This document shows, piece by piece, positions 36,201-44,880 of a stretch of DNA of 64,000 nucleotides (positions are counted from its first letter, which is position 1; every line of letters begins with the position of its first letter). Below the pieces are notes generated by a model. The model saw only the letters and a list, made by a program, of their open reading frames with translations, had not been told where the DNA came from and did no database searches. This stretch comes from Planctomycetales bacterium. Lineage in GTDB: Bacteria; Planctomycetota; Planctomycetia; Planctomycetales; Planctomycetaceae. The translations under genes and the position numbers were made by a program. The stretch spans positions 79,779 through 143,778 of the forward strand of contig JANQPT010000018.1 of NCBI GenBank assembly GCA_028285345.1. Reading direction: 5' to 3'.

Positions 36201-38656
36201 AAGGCGTGCACGATCAAGACGCGGCAAAACTCCTCGCCGGCCTATTGGAGATGGAAGCGACGATCGGGCTGCTCCGCTATCACACCCGCGCCCGGGCGAT
36301 GGCGTCGGTGCTGTGGCAGCACTTCGGTGACAAGAAACACAAAACACTGCTGGCCGCGAAGCTGAAGGGATTCGGCGCTGTTGCGGAATTGTTTCCGCAG
36401 ACTGCCGCCCAAACGGACTACATCACAGAACTCAGCGAGGTGCTTCAAGCTGCCGCAGCTGAGTCGGAGTTGTTCTCTGAGGAGTTCCTCGATCCCGCTG
36501 CGGAATACTTGTTTCACAACTTGTCGACCTCCGGCGAGGCGATTAGTCCACAAGCGGCGCAACTCTATCGCGATTTCGAGGAACACCTGCAGCGCAGCGG
36601 ATTCTCTGACAAGTATGAAAAGTCGCTCAAGGCGGTCCACCGTGACCCGGCCAGTGCTTTCTCTCTGGTTCGCGATTGGGTGCGTGCCTTTGTCGAGCAG
36701 CAAGACGGCGCGGAGCTAAACGACTATGTCGACGAAGTCTCGGCCCTGTTGCTGGCAGGCAAGCTCAACGACCTGCACATCGTCAACGCCGACGTCACCT
36801 GCGAAGTCTCCGGCCTTACGGGCACGCATGCCGTGATCCACGAAGGAGGATACGACCTCAATTACAGCCGGTTTACGCACAAACTGGCCGCATATGACGC
36901 TCAGGTTGTGCCACGCTACAACCAATATGTGCAGCTCAAGAAAGACATCGTTGACGCCTCACGTGACGAAATGAAACTGGAAGAGTTCCGGCCCCGCGTG
37001 CTGACCTCGTTTGTCCGCAACCGGTTATTGGACGAAGTTTATCTTCCGCTGATCGGCGACAACCTGGCCAAACAGATCGGCGCCGCGGGTGAAGGCAAGC
37101 GGACCGACCGCATGGGCTTGCTCTTGCTGGTCTCGCCTCCGGGATATGGCAAGACGACGTTGATGGAGTACATCGCCAATCGGCTGGGGATTATCTTCAT
37201 GAAGATCAACGGGCCGGCGATCGGGCATCAGGTTACGTCGCTCGATCCCAATGAGGCCCCCAACGCCGGCGCGCGCGAAGAAGTCGAGAAGCTGAACCTC
37301 GCCCTGGAAATGGGCGACAACGTGATGATCTACCTCGACGACATTCAGCACTGCAACCCGGAGTTTCTGCAGAAATTCATTTCACTCTGCGACGCGACCC
37401 GCAAGATTGAAGGCGTGTATAAAGGCCGCACGCGGACTTATGATCTGCGCGGCCGCAAGGTCGCCGTTGTCATGGCCGGGAACCCCTATACTGAGAGCGG
37501 CGAGAAGTTTCAGATTCCCGACATGCTCTCCAACCGGGCCGATATCTACAATCTGGGCGAGATCATTGGCGAGCATGCGGCGTCGTTTGAAATGAGCTAT
37601 TTGGAGAACTGCCTCACCTCTAATCCGGTGTTGAATAACCTGGCCAGTCGCAGCCAAAGAGATGTGTATGCCGTGATCCGCATGGCGGAGCGCGACAGCG
37701 CCGAAGGGGCCGACCTGGAGGGAAACTATTCGGCCGAAGAACTGGGCGAGATGGTCTCCACCATGAAAAAGTTGATGACGGTCCGTGACGTGATTTTGAC
37801 CGTCAACCGCGAGTACATCCGCTCCGCCGCCCAGTCCGACGACTACCGCACCGAACCGGCGTTCAAACTGCAGGGTTCGTACCGGAACATGAACCGGATT
37901 GCCGAAAAGGTCGTGCCGGTAATGAACGACGACGAGTTGCAGGCGCTGATTGTGTCCAACTACGAAAACGACTCGCAGACGCTCACCTCCGATGCCGAAG
38001 CGAACATGCTCAAATTTAAGGAGTTAATCGGCATCCTTAATGACGAGGAAGCGAAGCGTTGGGCGAACATCAAGAAGACCTTTTCGCAAAACGTCAAGCT
38101 CCGCGGGGTCGACGCCGACGACAAGGTTGGGCAGATTATCGTGCAGATGAGTTCGTTCACGGACGGGCTGGACGCGATTCGCGACGCGATGACGGCCGGG
38201 ATTACTCAACTCGTGCGGCAGGGCGAGGGCTCAGAGTTGGACGAACATTTTACACAACTTTCGGCGCAGATCAGCAGCCTGCGGGAAGGGCTGGACGCAA
38301 TTCACGGCAGCCTTTCCGACGGAATCCCCGCGCTGGTGACTGCGACAGAGCGTCCCGATCCGCCCGCAGTGGTGCAGAAACCCGCAGCGCCCCCGCCGCC
38401 CTCAGACGAGAGCATCATTCAGACATCCGCCGGATCGCAGAAGATCACCGTCGTCAACAAACTGCCCCGCAGCGTCTACAACGTGCTGCAACAGCAATTC
38501 GACCTGATGCGGAATTGGATGAAGCCGCTGTTGGAATCGACCACAACGCAATCGGCGGAAATCGAGAAACTTAAGGAAACCGTCATCCAATGTCTCAAGG
38601 ATTACAACCGCATGCTCCGCCGCATCGAGCAGGACGACAAATCGAAGTCATCGTGA
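33266..38656 (+). CDS. Giant (1796 aa) multidomain protein with a single MoxR/dynein-type AAA+ ATPase core
   Basis: Walker A LLLLVSPPGYGKTTL (nt ~37133-37159). Walker B VMIYLDDIQ (nt ~37328-37342). Sensor/Arg-finger region VAVVMAGNPYTESGEKFQIPDMLSNRADIYNL. N-terminal ~600 aa globular, ~600 aa helical/coiled-coil middle, helical C-terminus ending in a Pro-rich stretch. Possible true start at MAQAELDK (33290). Confidence 0.7.
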   Translation: MQNSGHAPMAQAELDKTAAEEEAAPAVELQGSTYEIIRNRLNTHGTELRSRLEQLNDARKEVFGSIDTVLLSTERITTEHNCEPRDMVAVGNRFLFGYNVHFGLKSERHLSDVFSAYEFKEGGFHELPLDIVSDPRFEKDFQDVYRYYKNAVFAKFFVRGPHLYMIFRVGKGVHDIKTFKWALQGDELVYVDNRSDHEVRYPPQHEFEWTRTHRDLHQTGQHPHISIEDRIFVETIGGDLTIKVENNTDSGEGIYSEPVDDPDQTLDDAEIYYAAVGNVILLKVKPYQEQTFRYFVYNEKLQQAQRLDALEYACVLLPDDHGLIFADGYYLQTGLCKTFGSNLVDMIFERRIAAANGEDYLYVFYNRLAGVYVLLQYNLIEQRVETPVICNGFTFFPNGEMVCFKAQEEPQKHHAVQVWQTPYVGEDYVPHSQTDSFLFKIGNKDIVRGMAECHELLELIEKEDTYANLYVDITKEASGIVDSYFWVDKPETFDLKEPLVKIRDAASAAVDEFDKVVRVKQDTARQTKRVSEQAREIISAVGHKRFDHINDFVGSLRDLRSVRGDIISLRDLRYVDEPLVESLENEVSEQADKLAQRCVTFLLDPAALTPYEQKVAAEQGKIDGLTKVTDAKAVEEDISTSATELEMLIEIVSNLKIDDATQRTAIIDNISAIFSTVNAARAALKNKTQELLSVEGIAEFNSQMKLLNQGVVNYLDICDTPEKCEEFLTKVMIQIEELEGRFAEFDEFVVQLSEKREEIYNAFETRKLSLVEARNKRASALANAADRILKGIKTRVDSLESINDINGYFASDLMIEKVRDIVEQLKELDDTVKVDDIQSRLKTVKEDAVRQLKDRQELFVEGDNIIKLGEHRFSVNVQALDLTTVLRDGEMNLHLTGTNFFEPIKNETLTATRDVWDQEVVSENRQVYRGEYLSYKILQSLREPGAEPSLDELHNYDEKQLAAYVQRFMGPRYGEAYVKGVHDQDAAKLLAGLLEMEATIGLLRYHTRARAMASVLWQHFGDKKHKTLLAAKLKGFGAVAELFPQTAAQTDYITELSEVLQAAAAESELFSEEFLDPAAEYLFHNLSTSGEAISPQAAQLYRDFEEHLQRSGFSDKYEKSLKAVHRDPASAFSLVRDWVRAFVEQQDGAELNDYVDEVSALLLAGKLNDLHIVNADVTCEVSGLTGTHAVIHEGGYDLNYSRFTHKLAAYDAQVVPRYNQYVQLKKDIVDASRDEMKLEEFRPRVLTSFVRNRLLDEVYLPLIGDNLAKQIGAAGEGKRTDRMGLLLLVSPPGYGKTTLMEYIANRLGIIFMKINGPAIGHQVTSLDPNEAPNAGAREEVEKLNLALEMGDNVMIYLDDIQHCNPEFLQKFISLCDATRKIEGVYKGRTRTYDLRGRKVAVVMAGNPYTESGEKFQIPDMLSNRADIYNLGEIIGEHAASFEMSYLENCLTSNPVLNNLASRSQRDVYAVIRMAERDSAEGADLEGNYSAEELGEMVSTMKKLMTVRDVILTVNREYIRSAAQSDDYRTEPAFKLQGSYRNMNRIAEKVVPVMNDDELQALIVSNYENDSQTLTSDAEANMLKFKELIGILNDEEAKRWANIKKTFSQNVKLRGVDADDKVGQIIVQMSSFTDGLDAIRDAMTAGITQLVRQGEGSELDEHFTQLSAQISSLREGLDAIHGSLSDGIPALVTATERPDPPAVVQKPAAPPPPSDESIIQTSAGSQKITVVNKLPRSVYNVLQQQFDLMRNWMKPLLESTTTQSAEIEKLKETVIQCLKDYNRMLRRIEQDDKSKSS

Positions 38657-38767
38657 TCCAATTGCCAACCGCCGGCCCTGCCGGGGTTTCGCTGATGCCC
38701 AAACAAAAACGGGACCGGACGCAACAAGCGCCGGTCCCGCAATTCGTTTCATGGGCGTGTGGTCGGG

Positions 38768-39007
38768 TTATCCAAGCGACTCGTAACAGCCCCGGCCCGT
38801 GTGGCGGCATTCGCCGTCGCCGACCAGTTGGTCGTCCGGCCCGTAGGTGGCCTGTGTCTTGCCGCACCAGAAATTACCGTCGCCGGTAATCCATTCATCG
38901 CGGGGAAGCCCGGAATTGAGGTACATGCCCTTGCAGAGCAAGTTCAAGCACCGCTCACCTGTCGGCTGTTGGTCTTGTTCGTCGATGATCGGAAGTTGCT
39001 CAGCCAT
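38768..39007 (-). CDS. Small Cys-rich protein (79 aa, 6 Cys) downstream of the Mo-hydroxylase FAD subunit
   Basis: MAEQLPIIDEQDQQPTGERCLNLLCKG...NFWCGKTQ...GDGECRHTGRGCYESLG. Starts 3 nt after the FAD-subunit stop on the same strand. Confidence 0.4.
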   Translation of the reverse strand: MAEQLPIIDEQDQQPTGERCLNLLCKGMYLNSGLPRDEWITGDGNFWCGKTQATYGPDDQLVGDGECRHTGRGCYESLG

Positions 39008-39010
39008 CTG

Positions 39011-40006
39011 TTACAGACCTCCTTCCAGCAATCCGGCGGATCGCAAAATCGCCCGCTTGACCGCAGTCTTGGCAAGTTGAACTTTGTAACCGTTATCCTT
39101 CAGTGGAGTCGCGCGGCTGACGGCTGCTTCGCCGGCCAACTGAGCGGTCTCTTCCGTGACCGGTTGGCCGAGCAGTGCGCTGGCGGCTTCTTGTGATACC
39201 CACGGAGTCGGCGCCACGAAGCCAAGCACGATGCAGGCATCGCTGACCCGGCCGCCGCTCAGTTCCAATGTCGCCGCAGCGGAGGCCAACGGCCAATCCA
39301 GCCCTGCCGTCTGCAATACGTCGTAATTGCCGCTCACCGCACCCGCGATCCGCGGCAGCCAAACGTGCGAAACCAACTGGCCCGGCTTGAGCACGGTTGT
39401 TCCCTGCCGCTCTGTGCGCGGTGTTTTGTAGAAATGCTCCAGCGGGAGTACTTCTTCGTCTTCGGGTCCGGGACCGATAATCCGCACTTGGGCACCCCAG
39501 GCGATCATTGCGGGAGCAAACCGCGTCGCGGTGACGTACTTTGCCGGTCCGGAGTTTCCGAAAACAGCGTGATAACGGCCGTCGCCCAGTTCGGGCAACG
39601 ACTTGCCGTTCTCCTGCGCCAACAGGCCGTAGCCGCTGCGGTAATACCAGCAGTTCGGCAGATGGCACAAATCGCCGGCGATTGTCCCTGACGATTGGAT
39701 TTGGATGGCATGCACGGCATCGGCCGCCTGCACGAGCGAGGCGTAATCCGCCAGGAGCGGATTTTCCAAAACGTCGTCCAAGGTGACCAGTGCGCCGACC
39801 ATTACGCCGCCGTCGGCTTCATAGACTTGCTGCATGCTCTCGATATTGCGGATGTCGACCACCCGATCGGGCCGAATCACGTCAGCCTGCATCAGCGCAA
39901 TTAAATCGGTCCCGCCCGCGAAGATGGCGGTCTGTTCCGGATTGTCGCCCATCAGCTCCAACGCTTCGGTTTCGGTTCGGGGATCGGCGAATTCAAACGA
40001 CTTCAT
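39011..40006 (-). CDS. Xanthine-dehydrogenase-family FAD-binding subunit (CoxM/PaoB-like)
   Basis: MKSFEFADPRTETEALELMGDNPEQTAIFAGGTDLIALMQADVIRPDRVVDI is the FAD_binding_5 N-terminus. Start ATG 40004-40006 overlaps the Moco-subunit stop (ATGA). The ORF-track extension to 40366 is in-frame junk overlapping the upstream gene. Confidence 0.75.
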   Translation of the reverse strand: MKSFEFADPRTETEALELMGDNPEQTAIFAGGTDLIALMQADVIRPDRVVDIRNIESMQQVYEADGGVMVGALVTLDDVLENPLLADYASLVQAADAVHAIQIQSSGTIAGDLCHLPNCWYYRSGYGLLAQENGKSLPELGDGRYHAVFGNSGPAKYVTATRFAPAMIAWGAQVRIIGPGPEDEEVLPLEHFYKTPRTERQGTTVLKPGQLVSHVWLPRIAGAVSGNYDVLQTAGLDWPLASAAATLELSGGRVSDACIVLGFVAPTPWVSQEAASALLGQPVTEETAQLAGEAAVSRATPLKDNGYKVQLAKTAVKRAILRSAGLLEGGL

Positions 40007-42216
40007 GCAGCACCTCCCTTCTGCAGCGCGTCCAGAACCCGTTGCGGGGTCAAGGGGAGCACTGGCACGCGGACGCCGGTGGCGTTGGCCACCGCATTGG
40101 AAATGGCGGCCCCCGGCGAAATGACCGGCGGTTCGCCTAAACCGACAACTCCGCGATTGTATTCGCTCGCCGGCTGATACATTTTGACTTGCAGGTTGCC
40201 GATGTCGCCAATCCTCGGCACCTTGTAGTCCTCCAGGTTGGCGTTCAGATAGCGGCCCGTGTGATTGTCCATGATCCGCTCTTCCATCAGAGCATACGAG
40301 ATGCCCATGATCATGCCGCCATAAACCTGGCTGCGGGCGGTCAATTCGTCGATGATCAACCCGCAATCCTGCACACAGACGAAATCGTTGATGCGGATTG
40401 TGCCGTCTTCAGTATTGACCGACACGTCGGCCATTTGCACTCCGCCGACCGTGGAGGACGTGAGCCCATCCTTGGTACCGCGGCCGTTCACTCCTTGAAC
40501 TTCCAAAGGCATCGGTCCGATCAGGGCCGTCGCCTGTTGCCATGTGCAGACTTCCTGACCTCCGGAGACGATCTTTCCGCCTCGAGCGGCCAGGGCATCG
40601 GCCGGGACATTAAACTTCTTGGCGACCAAATCGAAGATCTGCCAGAGTGCGTCTTGGGCGGCTCGCCGATGAGCACTGGAGACCCCGCCAACGGTGATAC
40701 TTCCGCCGGAGGCGCCCGATTTCGGGTACTTGCTCGATCCGAGGTTCACTTTGACCTGATCGAGATTGAGCCCGAACGTTTCTGCCATCACGATGGCAAT
40801 GACCGTCCGCGTTCCCGTACCGATGTCTTGGCTGCCGAGAAATGTTTCCACGGAGCCGTCTCGGTGCACCTTCAGCAGGCACGAGCAGGGACCAGCGCCC
40901 CCGCCCCAGGTGTGCAGCGCCAAGCCGAGACCCCGCTTGACCGGGCCGTTGCCACCCCCTTTGCCGTGGGGATGCCACTTGGCTTTCCAATCGATCATCT
41001 CCGCCGCGATCTTCATCTGATCCCGGTAGACGTCGGCGCGGTCAGCAAGACCTTTTGAGACCTGATTCAGATTCTTCATGAACAGGTCGTAGCTATCCAT
41101 GCCCATTTTCGCCGCCAAGTCGTCCATGGCGGTTTGGGTCATGGCGCAGAGTTGTGGATGCGGGGGCGCCCGCCATGCCCGGTTTGGTCCGGTGTTGCAG
41201 ACCAAGCCAGTCGCTTTGCGGTTGCGGTTGGCGAAGTCGAAGACATAGGGAATGCCGCTCAACCTCACCGTCCCGCCACCGGTGCCGTTGGTGCCCCAGT
41301 GATCGCTGTCCCAAGCGACGATGTTTCCCTCGGAGTCGGCCGCGATGGTGACTTCAATGAATCCCGAGGGACGTGTTCCGGCAATCTTCAGGTCTGTGGC
41401 GCGATCCAACATCAACCGCACCGGCTTGCCCGCCGCTTTGGCCAATTCCGCACAGGCAATTCCCCATTCATCGGCGGCAAACTTCGAACCGAAGCCGCCT
41501 CCTTCGTAGTCGGATTGCACATGCACGGCCGTTTCATCCAGCCCGAGCGCTCCTGAGAACTGCCCTGGAGTGCCGGACACATTCTGCGTGGAGAGATGAA
41601 CCTCCAGCTTGTCGTCACCTTGCCACTCGCAGTGTGAACCGTGGGGCTCCAGACACATATGACTGATGGTGTGGACACCGTAATAGCCCTTGTGCACGAC
41701 AACTGCGTCGCTGATGGCGGCCGCCACGTCGCCTTTTTTGTTATCACCAAGTGACTTCAGCCGCTTGATCCCGGTTTCCTCTTCGGCTTTTTTCGCTCCT
41801 TCGATGTCTTCTTCGTCGACGAAAAACGGTAGCGGCTCATACTCGATCTCAATGGCCCGCACGCCGTCGGCGGCGATTTCAGGGCGATCGGCGGCCACGG
41901 CCACAATTGGCGCGCCGTCCCAGCGCAGTTCCTTCGACTCGCCGGTTTCGATATCGTATGCCGTCGGAAATACGTAGACCGCCCGCACTCCCTCCACCTG
42001 CGTCGCCGGATCCACGTTCAGCTTTTTGATTTTGGCGTGTGCCTGGTTGGACGTGAGCAGTCTGGCGTACAGGGTGCCCGGAGTGTTGATATCAGCGGAA
42101 TATTTTGCGCGGCCGGAGGATTTATCGGCGGCGTCGATCCGTTGGATATCCTTGCCGATCAATACGTTGTCAGCGCGGGGTCCCCAAGTGTGTTCCCGTT
42201 TGGTTTCTTCCGCCAT
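40003..42216 (-). CDS. Xanthine-dehydrogenase-family molybdopterin-binding large subunit (PaoC/CoxL-like)
   Basis: a/b-hammerhead N-terminus (GKDIQRIDAADKSSGRAKYSADI) and aldehyde-oxidase/xanthine-DH Moco domain. C-terminal GEPPVISPGAAISNAVANATGVRV. Start taken at MAEETKREH (42214-42216). Confidence 0.8.
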   Translation of the reverse strand: MAEETKREHTWGPRADNVLIGKDIQRIDAADKSSGRAKYSADINTPGTLYARLLTSNQAHAKIKKLNVDPATQVEGVRAVYVFPTAYDIETGESKELRWDGAPIVAVAADRPEIAADGVRAIEIEYEPLPFFVDEEDIEGAKKAEEETGIKRLKSLGDNKKGDVAAAISDAVVVHKGYYGVHTISHMCLEPHGSHCEWQGDDKLEVHLSTQNVSGTPGQFSGALGLDETAVHVQSDYEGGGFGSKFAADEWGIACAELAKAAGKPVRLMLDRATDLKIAGTRPSGFIEVTIAADSEGNIVAWDSDHWGTNGTGGGTVRLSGIPYVFDFANRNRKATGLVCNTGPNRAWRAPPHPQLCAMTQTAMDDLAAKMGMDSYDLFMKNLNQVSKGLADRADVYRDQMKIAAEMIDWKAKWHPHGKGGGNGPVKRGLGLALHTWGGGAGPCSCLLKVHRDGSVETFLGSQDIGTGTRTVIAIVMAETFGLNLDQVKVNLGSSKYPKSGASGGSITVGGVSSAHRRAAQDALWQIFDLVAKKFNVPADALAARGGKIVSGGQEVCTWQQATALIGPMPLEVQGVNGRGTKDGLTSSTVGGVQMADVSVNTEDGTIRINDFVCVQDCGLIIDELTARSQVYGGMIMGISYALMEERIMDNHTGRYLNANLEDYKVPRIGDIGNLQVKMYQPASEYNRGVVGLGEPPVISPGAAISNAVANATGVRVPVLPLTPQRVLDALQKGGAA

Positions 42217-42218
42217 GA

Positions 42219-42845
42219 TCAAGCACCTCCCTTCTGACACAGTTCCAGTGCGGCCGCGGTGACGCCCGCATAGGTGCCGCAACGGCAGATGTTACCGCCC
42301 AGTCCCTTGCGGATTTGCTCCAAGTTGGCGCCGGGGTTCTTGTTCAGGAACGCCCGCACCGCAACCACGAACCCGGGCGTGCAGTAACCGCACTGAGTCG
42401 CATCGTGTTTGACGAATGCCGTAATCACCTCGTCGACGTTCTTGCCCTCTGAGAGGCCTTCCACGGTGGTGATATTTTTGCCTTGCTCGGCGAAGGCCAG
42501 CCGCGTGCCGGCGGCGACGGCTTTTCCGTCAATGATCACCGTATCGGCGCCGTCGTTGCTGGAGACGCCCACGTCCTTTGCGCCGGTCAGGTTGAGGTCG
42601 TTCCGCAATGCGTCAAGCAACGTCACCCGTGGTTCGAGCATCAAGGTGTGCTCTTTGCCGTTGACGGTCAGTACGACTTTTTGCGCCTTAGAAGACTTGA
42701 GCCGGGAGGGCTTCTTCGCTTCTGCAACCGCTTCGGTCGCTTGCGTAGCGACGGCGGTTGCCGCGACGGCGGCTCCCGAGCCTTGCAGGAATGCGCGGCG
42801 GCTTAAGCCCGATCCGCGTCCTGAGGAATGTTCTCGATCTCGCAT
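42219..42845 (-). CDS. TAT-exported [2Fe-2S]-type small subunit of the Mo-hydroxylase, with degenerate N-terminal cluster site
   Basis: Twin-arginine signal GLSRRAFLQGSGAAVAATAVA. C-terminal cluster motif QCGYCTPG...CRCGTY is intact. At the N-terminal ferredoxin-type site, LTGAKDVGVSSNDGADTVIIDGKAVAAG aligns to canonical LTGxxxGCxxxxCGACTVxxDGxxxxSC with all four Cys replaced (V, D, D, G). Confidence 0.75.
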   Translation of the reverse strand: MRDREHSSGRGSGLSRRAFLQGSGAAVAATAVATQATEAVAEAKKPSRLKSSKAQKVVLTVNGKEHTLMLEPRVTLLDALRNDLNLTGAKDVGVSSNDGADTVIIDGKAVAAGTRLAFAEQGKNITTVEGLSEGKNVDEVITAFVKHDATQCGYCTPGFVVAVRAFLNKNPGANLEQIRKGLGGNICRCGTYAGVTAAALELCQKGGA

Positions 42846-43210
42846 CAGCAGGTCTCTCCCCAAAAAGCAAAGTTGAGATGCCACCGGACGTTTGATTGAT
42901 CCTCTGGCGGACGCGTAAAGCTCCGGCACTGCAGGGCTCACAGACAACATCAACCTAATCAACCAACACCATTACAGTTATCAAGTTTCAGAACCGAATC
43001 CAAGCAAGAACGGCAATTTTTTCGATTTTGACGCTTGCGAAATCCACGCGAAGTTTACTGGCGTTTCGCGAGCGCGTTGAACGAGCATTCGTGAACGGCA
43101 TGTCCGGCGGAAGTGCTATGATCACGACCGGCGGATCTGTTTGACCAATGTTGAGGCCGCGCGGCGTATTTTTGTGGATATCCTCGTGCGCGCCGGTTTA
43201 TCATCGAACT

Positions 43211-43528
43211 ATGCACCACGAGTTCCCACAAGTCACTCACTGTCTCACGCATCAGCTTCCCGAGGACCAGACGAGCATGCTCGGTCTGGTCTGTTGCGAG
43301 TGCAAACATCGTTTGTACGCCGATCCTCCGCAGGGATCTCCACGCGGCTGTTGGGAAAGCCAGCCGGCCGCTTATTCGCTCGACCGGCGCCCCTGCTTTG
43401 TCTACACGCTGATGTGGGACGACTTTCGCATTCGTTCGTTGCACCCCGCCGATTCGGCGGAAGACGCGCGGTCGCCGCTCAATCGAAACGACGCGCAAAG
43501 CACGCGGCCGCTTGACGAATCGTGGTGA
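43211..43528 (+). CDS. Hypothetical small Cys-containing protein
   Basis: MHHEFPQVTHCLTHQLPEDQTSMLGLVCCECKHRLY... ORF in an otherwise gene-free 0.7-kb gap. Weak support. Confidence 0.25.
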   Translation: MHHEFPQVTHCLTHQLPEDQTSMLGLVCCECKHRLYADPPQGSPRGCWESQPAAYSLDRRPCFVYTLMWDDFRIRSLHPADSAEDARSPLNRNDAQSTRPLDESW

Positions 43529-43638
43529 GCGCTGGAAGAATTGAGCATTGTTGCCGGCAGATTGCATTTTGTTGCGCATCGTGGTGGTCCGGATTGCGAT
43601 CGCCCCGAACTCCGATGTCGGCGTGACTTAACCACGAC

Positions 43639-44616
43639 GTGACTCCGATGCCAAACCGCAGCGTCTACTTCAATGGAGAGTTTGTCCCCGAATCCGAAGC
43701 ACGGGTTTCGATCTTTGATTCCGCGCTGATGTTCGGCGACATGGCGTTTGAAATGACGCGCACGTTTGCGCAACAGCCGTATCGGCTCCGTGATCACCTG
43801 GAACGGCTGTTTGCATCGATGCGGCTGTTGGAGATTGATTGCGGGTTGACGATCAATGAGATGCTGCGGCTGACGGAAGAGACATTGTCCCGCAATCTGA
43901 CGACGGAAGCGGAGGACGTCGACTGGCAAATCATGCACGATGTTTCGCGGGGGCCGCTGTCGCTGTACAGCACCGTGTTTCCCGACGGCGGGCGGCCGAC
44001 CGTTTCCATCAATTGCTGGCCGCTGATCAAACATATGGGCCAATTCGCCGCGAGCTACACCGACGGCGTGGACGTGGCGATTGTCGCCCAGCCGGCGATC
44101 CCGGCGACGATGCTCGATCCCAAAGCCAAAACCCGCAGCCGGGCGCACTACCAAATGGCCTTGTTACAGGGTGCGCGGCTGGGCAAGGGAGTCTGGCCGC
44201 TGCTGGTCGATCCCGACGGCTATCTGGCCGAAGGTCCCGGCTGGAATCTGTTTCTGGTCAAAGACGGGACGATCTATTCGCCCGAACCGCGGAACATCCT
44301 GTTGGGCGTCAGCCGCTCGACCGTCGCCGAACTGGCGGAAAAGATTGACGTTCCCTTCGAATCGACGAATCTGGGGCGCTACGAGGCGCTGCAGGCGGAC
44401 GAGATGTTCTGCACCGCCACGACGTTCTGCGTCGTGCATGCCCGCTCGTTTGAAGGACAGCCGGTCGGAGACGGACGGCGCGGTCCGATTGTTACGCAAC
44501 TGCAGCGGGCATGGACCGAGTACGTGGGCGTCGATTTCATTTCGCAGGCGCAAGATTACGCGCGGCGACTTCCTGTTTGGGAACAACGGGAGATCGCCGC
44601 GCGAAAATGCGATTAG
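43639..44616 (+). CDS. Class IV (fold-type IV PLP) aminotransferase (branched-chain/D-amino-acid aminotransferase or ADC-lyase family)
   Basis: YFNGEFVPESEARVSIFDSALMFGDMAFEMTR N-terminus. EGPGWNLFLVKDGTIYSPE, ILLGVSR, and the E..F....TT region are typical of the IlvE/Dat/PabC fold. 325 aa. Confidence 0.7.
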   Translation: MTPMPNRSVYFNGEFVPESEARVSIFDSALMFGDMAFEMTRTFAQQPYRLRDHLERLFASMRLLEIDCGLTINEMLRLTEETLSRNLTTEAEDVDWQIMHDVSRGPLSLYSTVFPDGGRPTVSINCWPLIKHMGQFAASYTDGVDVAIVAQPAIPATMLDPKAKTRSRAHYQMALLQGARLGKGVWPLLVDPDGYLAEGPGWNLFLVKDGTIYSPEPRNILLGVSRSTVAELAEKIDVPFESTNLGRYEALQADEMFCTATTFCVVHARSFEGQPVGDGRRGPIVTQLQRAWTEYVGVDFISQAQDYARRLPVWEQREIAARKCD

Positions 44617-44880
44617 CCACGTGCGTTAGCGCCAAATAGCACTTTCTTCACAAAAAGTTTGATATCACGTGGCGAACAGACAGGATTGAGCACAATGTCT
44701 TGCGCTGGGTGCCATGGTCTCACGCCGACAGGCGGGTGACCATGCCGCGTGGGATTCTCCACAACCGCATGCTCACTCGTCACTTCGTGCCGCGAGAGCA
44801 TGGCACCCGCGCTAGCGTCCGGTTTTCGCTTTGACAAAAAACCGTGGGCTAGCGCCCAGCGGCTGATCAATAAACCGCCT

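Noticed and set aside
33608-36217. 433-aa and 246-aa minus-strand ORFs
   Set aside because: Antisense to the giant AAA+ gene, whose frame is continuous and carries Walker motifs. The antisense products have no features.
39011-40366. ORF-track 451-aa version of the FAD subunit
   Set aside because: The first 120 residues (R/G/H-rich) overlap the 3' end of the Moco gene in another frame. The true start is MKSFEF at 40006, forming an ATGA overlap.
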